Part shown: in pieces, positions 23,521 through 40,296 of the stretch | Position numbering within the stretch: position 1 is the first letter of the stretch | How the letters are laid out: every line of letters starts with the position of its first letter | Assembly (NCBI GenBank): GCA_001662655.1 | Contig: KV460245.1 | Direction: 5' to 3' (one strand) | DNA: 45,753 nucleotides | Origin: Pseudogymnoascus verrucosus | Lineage: Eukaryota | The notes under the pieces: model-generated | The model's input: the letters and a program-made list of their open reading frames with translations, nothing else | The model's database searches: none | Told to the model about the DNA's origin: nothing | Program-made: the position numbers and the translations under genes

Positions 23521-24993
23521 TCAAGGCATTGTCTTCGCTTGAGTCCACATGTTTTCCATCTTCGACCTAGTCAATGCCTCCCGTGCTGTTGCATCTGTTT
23601 CGCAAACTTTACTTCCCCATTTGCGAAATGCTCTTGCTTTTTCTTCGCCCTCGAATACCAGTGTGCAGCTGTTCAGACTCATGTCTTTTAAGGCTCCTTT
23701 CTCATCTTCTCCCTTCAGCCAGTCCACCAATTCTTCTTGGTGCGTTTCCTTCGCTCTTGTTGGAGAGCTTTCGGTCCAATCAATTCGAGACAGCATCAGT
23801 TTCTTATATTGCCTGATGCTGTGTTCTCCACCTTCCACAATGACCAGGTTGAATCTTGGGTTCATGATGCATATTCCTGTAAGAGCGTATTGCTCCGCGT
23901 TTTTGGCAATCTTAAATCGATGGCTACCATTTGCCAAACTGTTGATCTTGAAAACCATGATGTGAATACCTTTGGCGGCATCCTTCTCCTGATTCAACGC
24001 CAATTTTTCGAGCTTTTGCTCTTTGGTGAGTTTTCGGTCTTCGTTCGTATCCAAATGCTTCGTGTGCCGCTCCGCAATTTCTCTGTTGACCCGTGCCTCG
24101 ACTGCAGTTGGATCTTTGACAGCCTCTTCACCAAGAACACGCATGAGATTCCCCTTCTTAACTTTTGGAGGAGGTGCAGGTTCAAGACCCAGTCTAATCT
24201 TTGCTTGTTGCTCCTTAAGATCAACCATGCGACGTTGCCGCCGTAATTTGGCCTGCTCCTTCGCTGTTAAGAACATAGGCTTTGGTGCCGGCACATTTTT
24301 CTCCTGCGGGGGTTCAAGGAGAACCGGGTGTTGTATGTAGTGTGTTATAATGGAATCGGACGTGTCTAGCTTGAGTCTCTTCGGGTAGTCAATGTGCGTA
24401 TAGTCTTTGCCATCCACCAAGCCTTCATCCCACCACTCGATATCAGGAGGTGCCTCAACGAGATAGTTCTTTTCTGTGTCTAAATCTTCATCGATGCCAA
24501 TCTTTCGTGACGATTCTGCGATCCGCTTTTTCATCGCCTCCAAGGCGGCCTGTCGTCGGAGTGCATTTGCCTGCTGGATATACTTCCCTTTCTGGTTGAA
24601 GACAAGCTGTCGTGAATTCCTGTTCTTGAGTGTCGCTGTCTGTCCGCCCAAGCTATTATCGAAGTATGGATTGTTGCGGATATCTTCTGGTGACGGGCCT
24701 GACAAATCGAGTTGTTTTTTGCCTTTCGCAGACTGTTTCTCAAGAGGTCGTGCGTTGCCTATGCTCGTTGCAAATTTTGGCGCGACACTCTTCGAGGGCT
24801 TCCACTGACCATGATCTTCCAGTGCAGGATGTAAACCAACATTTAGACCTCCTTTCGCTTTGCTATTCCCAACTGCTGCGGCGACTCTAGCCTTCAACGA
24901 GGCAAGCTTGTCTGATGCTGATTCTGGCTTCTGGACTCGGCTCCCAGAGTCATGTCGAGGGCCCAGTACTGGAGAACCCTTTCCATGGTCCAT
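23521..24993 (-). CDS. PRP3: U4/U6 snRNP protein Prp3
   Basis: PPDIEWWD, ITHYIQHP, IRLGLEPAPPPKVK, LMRVLGEEAVKDPTAVE, VEGGEHSIRQYKKLML. Single ORF. Confidence 0.93.
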   Translation of the reverse strand: MDHGKGSPVLGPRHDSGSRVQKPESASDKLASLKARVAAAVGNSKAKGGLNVGLHPALEDHGQWKPSKSVAPKFATSIGNARPLEKQSAKGKKQLDLSGPSPEDIRNNPYFDNSLGGQTATLKNRNSRQLVFNQKGKYIQQANALRRQAALEAMKKRIAESSRKIGIDEDLDTEKNYLVEAPPDIEWWDEGLVDGKDYTHIDYPKRLKLDTSDSIITHYIQHPVLLEPPQEKNVPAPKPMFLTAKEQAKLRRQRRMVDLKEQQAKIRLGLEPAPPPKVKKGNLMRVLGEEAVKDPTAVEARVNREIAERHTKHLDTNEDRKLTKEQKLEKLALNQEKDAAKGIHIMVFKINSLANGSHRFKIAKNAEQYALTGICIMNPRFNLVIVEGGEHSIRQYKKLMLSRIDWTESSPTRAKETHQEELVDWLKGEDEKGALKDMSLNSCTLVFEGEEKARAFRKWGSKVCETDATAREALTRSKMENMWTQAKTMP

Positions 24994-25284
24994 GATAAGA
25001 TCACCTTCCTCTGAAGATGTGAACGGCCTTATTTTATAAATATTGATGTGGGTGAGTTAGAGTTGTGGCCAAGAAGTTGCGATTGTGACGCGTTGTGGCA
25101 GATCTTGGGGTCGTAAGTTGGGGTCAACTGGTCACGTGGGTAGATTTTCTGCCAGCACTATTTGCTCACCGCCTGATGACCGCGGACTTTTCTGGACATT
25201 TCAAGTACTTGTGCCATTAATTTTTTTGATCTCAATGCACGTACCGCCCCAGATGTTCTGTGTCAATTCTATAGCAGAGTGATA

Positions 25285-28200
25285 ATGAATATCTCGCAAC
25301 CGGTCTCATCTGCCATTGGCAGTGTTGACTTTGCGTTTCTTTCTCAAGATGAGATTAAACGTCTGTCAGTAAAGGCCATTCAAAACCCGACAACCTTCGA
25401 CACTCTTTTGAATCCAGTTCCAGGTGGATTATACGACCCTGCTCTTGGAGCTTGGGGTGATATACAGTAAGATATGCTACTCTATAATACTTCTTGCTTT
25501 TATCTAATTTTCAAATAGATGTACAACATGTCACCTCGGTGCCCTGTCCTGTCCTGGCCATGTCGGCCATATCACTCTCCCAGTTCCCGTTTACCATCCA
25601 ACTTTTATGGATCAACTCCTACGGCTACTACGCGCCAAATGCGCATATTGCCACCATTTTAAAATGTCCCGAAAGGATGTGAACCTATACCATTGCAAGC
25701 TCCGTCTGATCCAGGCCGGCCAACTTAGTGCCGCTGAAGAATTAGACAACATAGACTTTGTCGCAAAGAAAGCGGCAGCTGTGGAGCAAGAAGACGAAAG
25801 CAGCGACTCTGCCGACGATAATGGGGTGGAGACCACCATAAAGCAACGACTCACGTTTGTGAAAAAGGCAATCCGGGACGCAAAAGCAACACCCTGGGAT
25901 TGGAAGCTCGAGAAGAATGAAAGTGTTGCGGAAGCTCGGCGAGAGGTTATTAAAAGTTTCCTCAAGTCCATCACAGTCTCCAAAACATGCGCAAACTGCA
26001 GGGCCATTTCCAATGGATTTCGCAAAGATCGATTTGTCAAGATATTTGAGAAGCCCATGTCAGCGAAAGATGAGGCTAAGAACGCCCAACAAAATCTTAA
26101 GGCGGTCAATGCTATGCGCATTGTGTCCAAAGATGCAAAGAAGTCCAACGGATATGCGTCGGATGAAGGCATCGCCGATATAGATCTTTCGTCAAACGAA
26201 GAGGACGAAGGCGAGGGGCATACTCTCGATGTCGCTGGGGGCCTTGTCTCGAAAGAGCGTTCATCATCAGAAACCACTGCGATCTCCAAACAGAAGTCAT
26301 CCACCACAGCAGCTGAGCGATATGTCAATCCTATGGAAGTAAGGGCGAGCTTGACACTGCTCTTCGAGAAGGAACAAGAAATATTGTCATTGGTCTATGC
26401 TTCTAGATCGTCGACAAAGAAACCAGCCGTTATCACTTCCGAATTCTTTTTCTTGCAAACTCTTCTTGTTCCGCCAAACAAGTATCGACCAGAAGCGCGA
26501 ACCGGAGCTGGGGAGATTGCTGAGGCTCAACAGAATGCTTTATATAAGCAAATCCTGACCGCAGGTCATATGACAGCTCAAATATCGAAAGAATTGGACA
26601 ACCCTGATTTAGCCGACACCAAATACCGGAGGAGAGACTTCTCGGATCTTCAAGAATCGTGGGTGAAGCTTCAGGATAGCGTCAATTCCTTGATAGACCG
26701 AGATAGGAACCCGATCCAGGGCGCTGCCGGTAAGAAAAATGAAGACGGTATCAAGCAAAAGCTTGAAAAGAAGGAAGGATTGTTCCGCAAGAACATGATG
26801 GGAAAACGTGTCAACTTCGCTGCAAGAAGTGTCATTTCTCCCGACCCCAACATCGAGACCAATGAAATCGGTGTTCCACCTGTTTTCGCAAGAAAGCTTA
26901 CATATCCCGAACCTGTCACGAGCCACAATTTCAAGGAGCTACAGCAAGCCGTAATTAATGGAGCAGACAAGTGGCCCGGTGCAGCTGCTATTGAGAATGA
27001 GAATGGACAAGTAATCAACCTACGAACGAAGACTCCAGATGAACGGCAAAGTTTAGCAAACCAGCTTCTGGCTTCATCTGGTGTTGGCGCCAATGGGGCA
27101 CGGAACAAAAAAGTTCATCGTCATCTCACCAACGGAGATGTCGTTCTCATGAACCGTCAGCCCACCCTCCATAAGCCGTCTATCATGGGACATCGCGCGA
27201 GAGTTCTCCCTGGCGAAAAGACGATTCGTATGCACTACGCCAATTGCAATACCTACAACGCCGATTTTGACGGTGATGAGATGAACATGCATTTCCCCCA
27301 AAATGAGGTTGCGCGAGCTGAAGCTCTCCAAATCGCCGACACTGACCACCAGTATCTTGCCGCAACGGCCGGAAAACCGCTACGTGGTCTTATTCAGGAC
27401 CATATTTCAGTGTCGGTCTGGATGACGAACCGTGATACTTTCTTCGATCGGGCGACCTATCAGCAACTGGTTTACAATTGCCTTCGTCCCGAGAGCGGCC
27501 ACATTATTGGCGAACGTATCGAGACTGTTCCTCCAGCCATAATCAAGCCATTCCCACAGTGGACTGGAAAACAAATCATCACCACAATTCTGAAGAATAT
27601 TACGCCACTAGGATACACTTCCCTCAACCTTATTAGCAAATCCCAAGTTCCTGCTGATCGTTGGGGACCAAAGTCTGAGGAAGGCCAGGTTTTATTTCAG
27701 GATGGAGAATTGATAACCGGAATTCTCGACAAGTCGCAACTAGGACCTAGTGGCGGTGGCTTGATTCATTCGTTGCATGAAGCACATGGACCGACAGTTG
27801 CCGGGAAAATGCTCAGCATACTAGGGCGACTTCTCACCAAGTTTCTTCACATTCGAGCATTTTCTTGTGGTATGGAAGATCTTCTTTTGACCTCCGAGGG
27901 TGAAAAAACTAGGAAGGAAAAGCTCAAGGATGTCCACTTAATCGGATTAGAAGTGGCCGCCAAGTATGTAACATTGGAGGACCGGAAACCAACAGCCAAT
28001 GACCCTGAACTACGAAACCGACTCGAAGATGTGTTGAGAGATGACACTAAACAGGAAGGCCTTGATGTGATGATGAACGGCAGTTCCAACAAACTATCGT
28101 CAGAAATTACCAAAGCATGTTTGCCACATGGGTTGGTGAAACAGTTTCCGAAGAACCAAATGCAGAATATGACCGTGTCCGGTGCAAAGGGCAGCGCTGT

Positions 28201-30454
28201 CAATGCCAACCTTATTTCATGCAATCTGGGGCAACAAGTTTTGGAAGGTCGCAGGGTTCCAGTTATGGTCTCCGGGAAGTCATTGCCTTGCTTCAAGCCA
28301 TTCGAAACTAACGTGCGAGCTGGCGGGTATATTGCAAATCGATTCTTGACAGGTATAAGGCCTCAGGAATACTACTTTCACGCCATGGCTGGAAGAGAAG
28401 GACTTATTGATACAGCAGTCAAAACCTCCAGATCTGGATATCTTCAGCGCTGTCTCATCAAGGGTATGGAGGGACTGAAAGTCGAATACGATACATCCGT
28501 TCGCGACTCCGACGGTTCTATGGTTCAGTTTTTGTACGGCGAGGATGGACTCGACGTTACCAAAACGAAGCATCTAACGGACTTCAAGTTCTTATTGCAA
28601 AACATAGAATCTGTCGTGGCCCAAATGAAACTCGGAGACGACCTTGAAGTTATTGGAGAGCACCAAGAGAAAATCCAGAAGATGATGAAACGCGGCATAA
28701 AGACAGCAAAGGCAAATACCGCCGATGTGTCCGATCCCGTCTTGGCCCATTATCACCCAGGCAGGCACTTGTACTCGACCTCGGAGAGTTTCAACCGTTC
28801 ATTGAGTAGCTATATCAAGGAGAACCCAGATGGCCTCATCAAGTCAAAGAGCAACCCAAATGCGTACAGTAAAAAGGAACTAGGACCTATTCTGAACGTA
28901 AAGTATCTGAAATCGGTTGTTGAGCCCGGAGAGGCCGTTGGAATTGTCGCTGGCCAATCTATTGGCGAACCTTCTACGCAGATGACACTTAACACCTTCC
29001 ATTTGGCTGGTCATTCGGCAAAGAATGTCACTCTCGGTATCCCACGTCTTCGAGAAATCGTCATGACCGCAAGTAACAATATCTCTACTCCATCTATGAC
29101 TCTTCAAGTCAACGAGGAGATGACGGAAGAGGCTGGCCAAAAGTTTGCTAAGGGCATAAGCAAACTCTCATTGGCGGAGGTGCTGGATGAGGCTTCAGTT
29201 AGTGAGCGAATCGGCAGAGGAACTTCACAGTCTCGGGCAAAAATCTACGACATCAACTTGAAGTTTTTCCCCCCACAGGAATACAAAGACACGTATGCCA
29301 TAGATGTCGCCGACGTCATTTCTACATTGGAGAAGAAATTTGTTCCAAAGCTACAGTCTCTTGCGAGAAAAGCTCTTGGGAAGAAGAAGGGCGAAAAGAA
29401 GTTGAAGTCTGCTGCTAATACGGCTGCCGTCCCGGAAATTGGCAAGTCTGTGGGTATCATTGAAGAGGCTAGGCCTGAGGGGGAAAAGGAACCTCGCGAT
29501 GAGGACGATGAGGATGAGGATGATGACGGTGATGCTACGAATGCCAAGCAAAAGGCCAACCGCGGACAGGCGGTCTCTTATGGTGCCAACGACGAAGAGG
29601 ACGATGCCGTTCAAACCCAGATGGAAAGGGAGGCATCACCCGAAGACGAGGATGACAGAGATGACGAAGGGTTCCAGGGCGGGTCGCGCGGTTCAAGATT
29701 GGGCAACGACGAGGACTACGAGAACGACGAAGAAGAAACAGGCGCCGCCGACCAGGCCCTTTCTGATGACCGCCAGTCAAGGGTCATGTCCAAAAACGCG
29801 GATGTATCTCGGTTCCGATGTGATGAGGGTGGCTCGTGGTGTAAGGTCACGCTCGAGTATGATGCCAGTTCGCCAAAGGTCCTCATGCTGAATATTCTTG
29901 AGAGCGCTCTCCACGCCTCGTTAATTCAGCAAATTTCCGGGCTTGATACGTGTACATATGTAGCTGGGAAGGGTTCCGATGCTGCTGTTGTCTATGCCTC
30001 CGGAGTTAATCTCAAGGCTATGCAGATGTACAGCGACTACATCAACCCGAACAAGATCTCGACTAACGACATTGCTGCGATGCTAGAGCACTACGGTGTT
30101 GAAGCCTGCCGAGCAACAATTATTCAAGAACTGTCCGGGGTCTTCGGAGGCCACGGTATCGCCGTGGACAACCGCCATCTGAACCTCATTGCTGATTTTA
30201 TGACGAGGGGCGGCGGCTTCAGTCCTTTCAATCGCAATGGCCTGAAGGGCAGTGTCAGTCCTTTCTTGAAGATGAGCTTTGAGACGACTATTGGGTTCCT
30301 CAAGGACGCCGTAATGGACGGTGACTGGGATGATCTGAGAAGCCCCAGCGCGAGAATAGTGATTGGGAGAACTAGCAAAGTTGGAACTGGAGCCTTTGAT
30401 GTTTTGACAAAGGTCCCCGTTGACAGCGACACCGACCATGTGATGTCAGGTTGA
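25285..30454 (+). CDS. RPA190: RNA polymerase I largest subunit. Exons 25285-25466, 25519-30454
   Basis: GGLYDPALG, C..C...CPGHVGHI zinc site, LFRKNMMGKRVNFAARSVISPDP, catalytic NADFDGDEMN, TLNTFHLAGH and an acidic expander region typical of Pol I. Confidence 0.97.
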
Positions 30455-30799
30455 GGTATTACTGGTGCGACTTGGGCTGCTTAGATCATTAAATTTTGGC
30501 GCGAAGGAGTGGGCAGTTATTACGGGCAGGTTATTGATGGTTTTTGCAAGTGATTGGAAAAATAGAAGCTGTGTATGTAAAAACGATAAGTGTTTTGTTC
30601 AAACAGCCGCTCACGATTTATTTGGAGATATGCACTGTGAGACTGACTATGAATTTGATAAATTTGCTCTGTCGGAAATATATTTCTCCGACTTAAAAAT
30701 CCGGGTGAATTTAATACGTGGTATGGTGCCATAAACGGCCCGGCGATATTAATTTTTGTCCGAGACACTGTCACACAGAAAGCTCCGAGCTCGCCCCAA

Positions 30800-30806
30800 G
30801 AGTCAT
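30800..30806 (-). promoter_or_regulatory. Gcn4/CpcA-type element (ATGACTC) upstream of ARO1
   Basis: GAGTCAT on the + strand about 145 nt before the ARO1 ATG, consistent with cross-pathway control of amino-acid biosynthesis genes. Confidence 0.5.
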
Positions 30807-30938
30807 AGGGCGGCAACTTTCTCCCCCACTACCTTCCGCTCCCTCTCCCTCCCACTTACACTCCCAGACCGCCAATTCATGAAGTACCAGTCAGTACTGC
30901 AGTTAAGCCTACCAACGACCGTCAATTGCAGCTCATAG

Positions 30939-35642
<4,704 letters not shown>

Positions 35643-36638
35643 TGCGCATTAGATATGTCGCAGTAGGTGTCCGACCACCGCCCGGAGTCGTTGGTTAAGG
35701 GCGTATAAGGAAGGATATTGGAAGGTATTGGTTGAAAAATTATGTTTATGGTGTCCAGAAGGGACTTGGTTGTTGGTAGATGTTATTTAGATTCACTTAT
35801 AGCTAAATCCGACATTACTTCTGCTCGTTTCGTAATTTTAAAGGACTTGTACAACAGTAGTCAGTGCACAACTTCAGCGTCTTGCCTCTTTCCTTGTTCA
35901 AACCAGCTTCCCTCCATCATCTGAGGAGGAAGGCACGTGTTCAGTCTCCCGTGTATTGTTCAGCTTACACTCTGCTTCAGACAAGGTTCGGTCAACGTAC
36001 TATTCTCACAGCTCATCATGATATTTACCTTGTGTCGTATTCAATGTCTATTTAAATCACAGCTTCTGTATTGGGAAAGGTGCTTCTGTGGCTTATAGTA
36101 ATACTAATTATCTTGTTTTGTATGTAATATATATATAAATAACCCATCATCCGACTGCATTGTTATACAACAAAGAGTACAAGCGCCATCCCATCTCTTA
36201 TACACATTATTCGTTTAAATTTCCCAAGTCCCCTTTACCCACCTATCTATTGAGTTGAAACACCATGCCGACCCAAAGAGATTCATAAAAGTAAAAAAAA
36301 GTAAAATAGCACGCCTTCTATCGCCAATTGGTACAAGTCGCATTCAGCACCCGCCAACTGCGATGAACATGTTTTTGATGACTCTTCTATGACAGATTAC
36401 CAACCCAAACTCCAAATGGCCCGAAGCCTAAAACAAATCGCTATGCTGCATTATGAACGCTTAAAAAAAGGGTTGTAACATGTACAGTAGAAGTATTAGA
36501 AGTCTTGATATGAAAAGCATTATCCGTGCGTCGTCGCTGACGTCATGATCGGCACCGGTGTTACCGAAACCCCGTTATTTGCGCCCATGACGTCCACAAT
36601 GCGACGGCCTGATGTCACTGAAACATCGGATTGGATCA

Positions 36639-38741
36639 TCAAACACGTCGTCTGGTCTTGCCAGGGAAGTCGATCTCGGGGTGTACAACGCGCATATGCC
36701 GTGTTAGAGCATCATTGCGACTGAAGGTCTTCTCCTCGGTACAGAACTGGCAGTGTACCTTCTGCTTGCGCGCGTTGTGAATAGTGTCTTCGTGTCTCGT
36801 GAGATCGTAAGGGCGTGAGAAAATGGCGTTGCACGGTTTGCCCGTGGACGGGTTAATCCGCTCGCATTTGTGAGGGCCTGCTTGAGAATTGCGAAGAAGC
36901 GCCGCTGATGTCATGCCGCTGCCAGCATCGCTGCTGGCACGGCGAGCGCTAGTGGTAACCCCGCTAATCAGTGGAGCCGATTGGCGATGTCCCTCACGCT
37001 TGTGCTTCTGGAGTTTTGCTGGCGTCTCAAATCGCAGTGTGCATCCATGGTACGTGCAAGTGTACGTCCCACTGTCGGCATTCGATCTTGCAGGCTTTTT
37101 GAGCTCTGACGCATCTGTTGCATATTCGCCGTTGCTCGACTCCACAGACGGCAGGGCGACCGGCAGCTGAGATGATCGATCCGCCAAGTTCTGCGCCTGT
37201 TGTCGCTGCTGCAGAACAAACTGGTATTGCTGCTGCGGCATTTGTGTCGCGCCAGGTACCGATGGAGGAGCAAAGGCAAAGCTGCGGTTGCGAGGCGTCG
37301 CCTGGGATGAATTATTTGAGTATGCCGAGGAACTTGGCCGACGGCTCGTCATCATGCTCGCAAAGCTTTGCTGCGAAGAGGTATCATCGAGTTCCTGCGA
37401 TTCTTGGGGGGATGGCTTTTGGAATCGGTATTGCTGGGTCTGGGGGAACAGCGGCATTGCCGCGTCCTCCTCGGTACCATGATACTCGAGTACTGCATCC
37501 TTCGGCGAAATAGTCTTTGGCGTAGATTGCTCTGGAGATGACCTCCTAATTTGCTCCTCCAAGACGCGTGCATCGTTCTCTGCCTTCTGTTGCTCTCGCA
37601 TGTGTGCTGCAGTGCCCAGACGAATCTGCTGTGTCGACGACTGTGAATTGAATCCTCGGTGCGGTAATGGCGCGAGAGGGGAGCCTTGTCGGAACGGAGA
37701 CCGTCTGCGAGACTGGTTTCCGAGTGGTTGCTGAGTTGAGGCACTCAAGTGTTGGCTGTTCGCAGCTTGCAGTCTTTGAGAAAATACGTCCGAGCTCTGG
37801 GAAGGCGAGAGCATCCTCGACTCCTGCGACGGGGCCGCCGATGTGAATGTGAAGTTTGGGCTGTACAGCTCATCGTTGTAAGCATCTGACATTGTCCTGT
37901 CAAGCTTTGGTATCGCATTCGAGTTGTGGTACTCTGAGTCGGGGTAAAACTGTGAGCTGCTGCCCATCCAACGATCCTGGAGGGTAGAAATCTCACCAGC
38001 TTTGCGATTCGGCTCATCGAATCCATTGCCAATTGGCGTCGCTGGGGAGCCTTGAGTGCTTGCGACGGATGGGCGACCTGAGTGTCCGTAGTCTGGAACC
38101 GACATCGTCTCGTCGTCCCTCATCATCGCGTGCTTGTCCATTGGCATCATGGAGTTGTAGTTTGTAGGTGTGCCGTAAGTGTGGAAGTTGTAATTCTGCT
38201 GGAAGGCGGCTGGTAGGTACTGGTCTTGCGTATGCGATGGCGTCTTGGAGAAGTTGTAATAAGTCGCTTGGTCAGCAACCGGTAGGCCTTCATAGTACGT
38301 CTCCCCACCAGCTGAGTCTGGTGGGAGAGCGACCTGTGGGTGAGACGTGTTGTAGTTGTAGGGGGATGCCGGTCCAGCAGAGCCCAGGGAAGACTGCGAC
38401 GACTCGCGCTGGTGGCTGCGAGCTGATGTCGGCGTCAGCTTTCCGTTTGCGAAGTGCCAGCTGTTTGAGACGCCGGATTGTTCGGACTGCATCAGTTGAT
38501 CTTCTTGCCAAATATCGTCGCTGCCGAAGCCTTCGGGCTCTGAAGAGGCGTAGCTGTCACTCCCGAGTTGACCGAAGAATTGGTTCTGAGAAGGAGACGG
38601 ATAGTCGAGAAGCTGATGATCGAAGGAAGTTTGGTTTGGTGAAGAGTAGTTGGAGTGATCGACGAGCGAGGGGGTGGTGGCGATTGTGGGTAATAGCTGG
38701 CGTCTCGGGTATGATTGTGATGTGGAAGGTGCTAAGAGCAT
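36639..38741 (-). CDS. RPN4: Rpn4-like C2H2 transcription factor (proteasome/stress regulator), with a possible in-frame intron at 37996-37934
   Basis: HKCERINPSTGKPCNAIFSRPYDLTRHEDTIH...KTFSRNDALTRH resembles the atypical Rpn4 fingers. First ATG at 38741, downstream of TATATAAAG. Confidence 0.8.
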   Translation of the reverse strand: MLLAPSTSQSYPRRQLLPTIATTPSLVDHSNYSSPNQTSFDHQLLDYPSPSQNQFFGQLGSDSYASSEPEGFGSDDIWQEDQLMQSEQSGVSNSWHFANGKLTPTSARSHQRESSQSSLGSAGPASPYNYNTSHPQVALPPDSAGGETYYEGLPVADQATYYNFSKTPSHTQDQYLPAAFQQNYNFHTYGTPTNYNSMMPMDKHAMMRDDETMSVPDYGHSGRPSVASTQGSPATPIGNGFDEPNRKAGEISTLQDRWMGSSSQFYPDSEYHNSNAIPKLDRTMSDAYNDELYSPNFTFTSAAPSQESRMLSPSQSSDVFSQRLQAANSQHLSASTQQPLGNQSRRRSPFRQGSPLAPLPHRGFNSQSSTQQIRLGTAAHMREQQKAENDARVLEEQIRRSSPEQSTPKTISPKDAVLEYHGTEEDAAMPLFPQTQQYRFQKPSPQESQELDDTSSQQSFASMMTSRRPSSSAYSNNSSQATPRNRSFAFAPPSVPGATQMPQQQYQFVLQQRQQAQNLADRSSQLPVALPSVESSNGEYATDASELKKPARSNADSGTYTCTYHGCTLRFETPAKLQKHKREGHRQSAPLISGVTTSARRASSDAGSGMTSAALLRNSQAGPHKCERINPSTGKPCNAIFSRPYDLTRHEDTIHNARKQKVHCQFCTEEKTFSRNDALTRHMRVVHPEIDFPGKTRRRV

Positions 38742-38791
38742 AACTTTTTTGATGATGGACCTTTTGCCTTTTGAGTGAGAGGGGCGAGACC

Positions 38792-38811
38792 CTTTATATA
38801 CGGGTGGCAAA
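38792..38811. promoter_or_regulatory. TATA box (minus strand) with adjacent PACE element GGTGGCAAA (38803-38811)
   Basis: cctttatatacgGGTGGCAAAaag read directly, 50-70 nt upstream of the Rpn4-like ATG. Confidence 0.55.
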
Positions 38812-39219
38812 AAGTGCGGGAGGGTAGCGGAAGTGAGGAAGGAGACGTATTCGTGTGTACTTCTAAGAGTACGGAGTGGTGGTTGTAGGTAGCCAAGTCC
38901 CTGGGATAGGACTCGGTATCGATGGGGGGGGGGGGGACGTGCTTAGCGCGGATGCAAGGGCCAACGATGAATGGCGGGGTTGGTGACTGCGATGGACTAC
39001 GATGATGACTCGAACCCCTTGGCCGTGCTTAGTGTTTGATTAGTGTACACTGTAGACTCTTTTTTCCTTGTGGGTGTATACGTGTATACGGCGAGTAGGC
39101 GGGTAGAAGTGCGCGTCGTGTGGCAAAGATGGTTCTCGGTGGTTCGGTGGTTCTGTGGTTCTCGGCGGTGCCTCCGGGCTTAGATGGTCATGTGATAGGG
39201 GAGAGTGTGTTGGTTATTG

Positions 39220-39450
39220 GTGGTAGTGTGGTGTAGTGTGGTGTAGTGTGGTGAGTAACTCTAGTGCGGTAGGCAGAAGAGAATGTTGTTGGATGAGAAG
39301 ATGAGGTAAAGTAACGAGGGACAAAGATGTGAGTGTGAGTGTGAGTGTGTGAGTGGTGTGTATGTGCGTGTATGCGTGTATGTGTGTTGCGTATTCGTTG
39401 GGAGAGGTACGTATAGCAAGTATAGTAAGTATAGTAAGTAGTAGTAGTAG
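39220..39450. repeat. Low-complexity microsatellite cluster (GTGTA/GTGTG, GTGAGT, GT, TAG units)
   Basis: Consecutive short tandem units read directly. Confidence 0.8.
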
Positions 39451-40090
39451 AGTGGGTATTGATGGGAGAATGATGAGGGAGAAAAAAAAGACAAGATGAG
39501 AAGGTGGCGATGTTTATTCCTTTAAAGCCATGTTCATGTTCATGTCTTTTTTTTCGATATCGCATGTACGGGATGGGTATGCATGTACTATGTAATTATT
39601 ATGCAGTACAGGGGGGGTCTAATGGATGGGAAAAGTGTGGTGCATTGAAATTTTCAAGACCCAGATGCAGTCTGCAATGTGCAATGTGCAATATGCAGGT
39701 TATCATTTTTTTCTCGATGTGTTGTATACCCAGAATAGATACATGGTGTAGTAGAGTGGTACGTACTAAAGATCTACGTTTTTTTCCCTAGATGGTTGAT
39801 GTGCATGGAGGGATTTCGCATATTTTGCATTGGGGGGGGATGGGAGTGGGATGGGGAATATTCGGCGGCTTGGGTGGTGTTGGGTGTCTTGGGTGTATTG
39901 GCTGTCTTGGTGTTGTGCTTGGGTGTCTTGGGTTGTGTGGTATGTGTGGTAGGAATACGTAGTGTGTGGGTAGTGTATGGCTCGGATTCGCGAGCGATGA
40001 CGCATCTTCTACATTTTCGACAGGGGTGTCTTAGGTTCGATGACTGTAGTGGAGGTGGTGGAGATGTGCGATGGAGGGTGGGAGACATGC

Positions 40091-40160
40091 ATGGTGGGTG
40101 ATGGTGGGCGATGGTGGGCGATGGTGGCCGATGGAGTACGGTGATGGGCGATGGTGGGCG
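40091..40160. repeat. 10-bp tandem array (ATGGTGGGCG)
   Basis: About 7 degenerate copies. Confidence 0.85.
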
Positions 40161-40218
40161 GAGCAATTCGGTACTTGTCTACACAGAATGGTACTTGGCT
40201 ACGTGAGCGCGTGGCTGC

Positions 40219-40296
40219 GTGGATGACTTGTGGATGACTGTGGATGACTGTGGATGACTGTGGCTAGTTGTGGCTAGTTGTGCCTAATTGTGGCTG
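40219..40296. repeat. 10-bp tandem array (TGTGGATGAC drifting to TGTGGCTAGT)
   Basis: About 8 units with progressive divergence. Confidence 0.85.

Noticed and set aside
38742..38810. Upstream extension of the Rpn4-like ORF from a TTG start
   Set aside because: It overlaps the TATA and PACE elements. The ATG at 38741 is more plausible.
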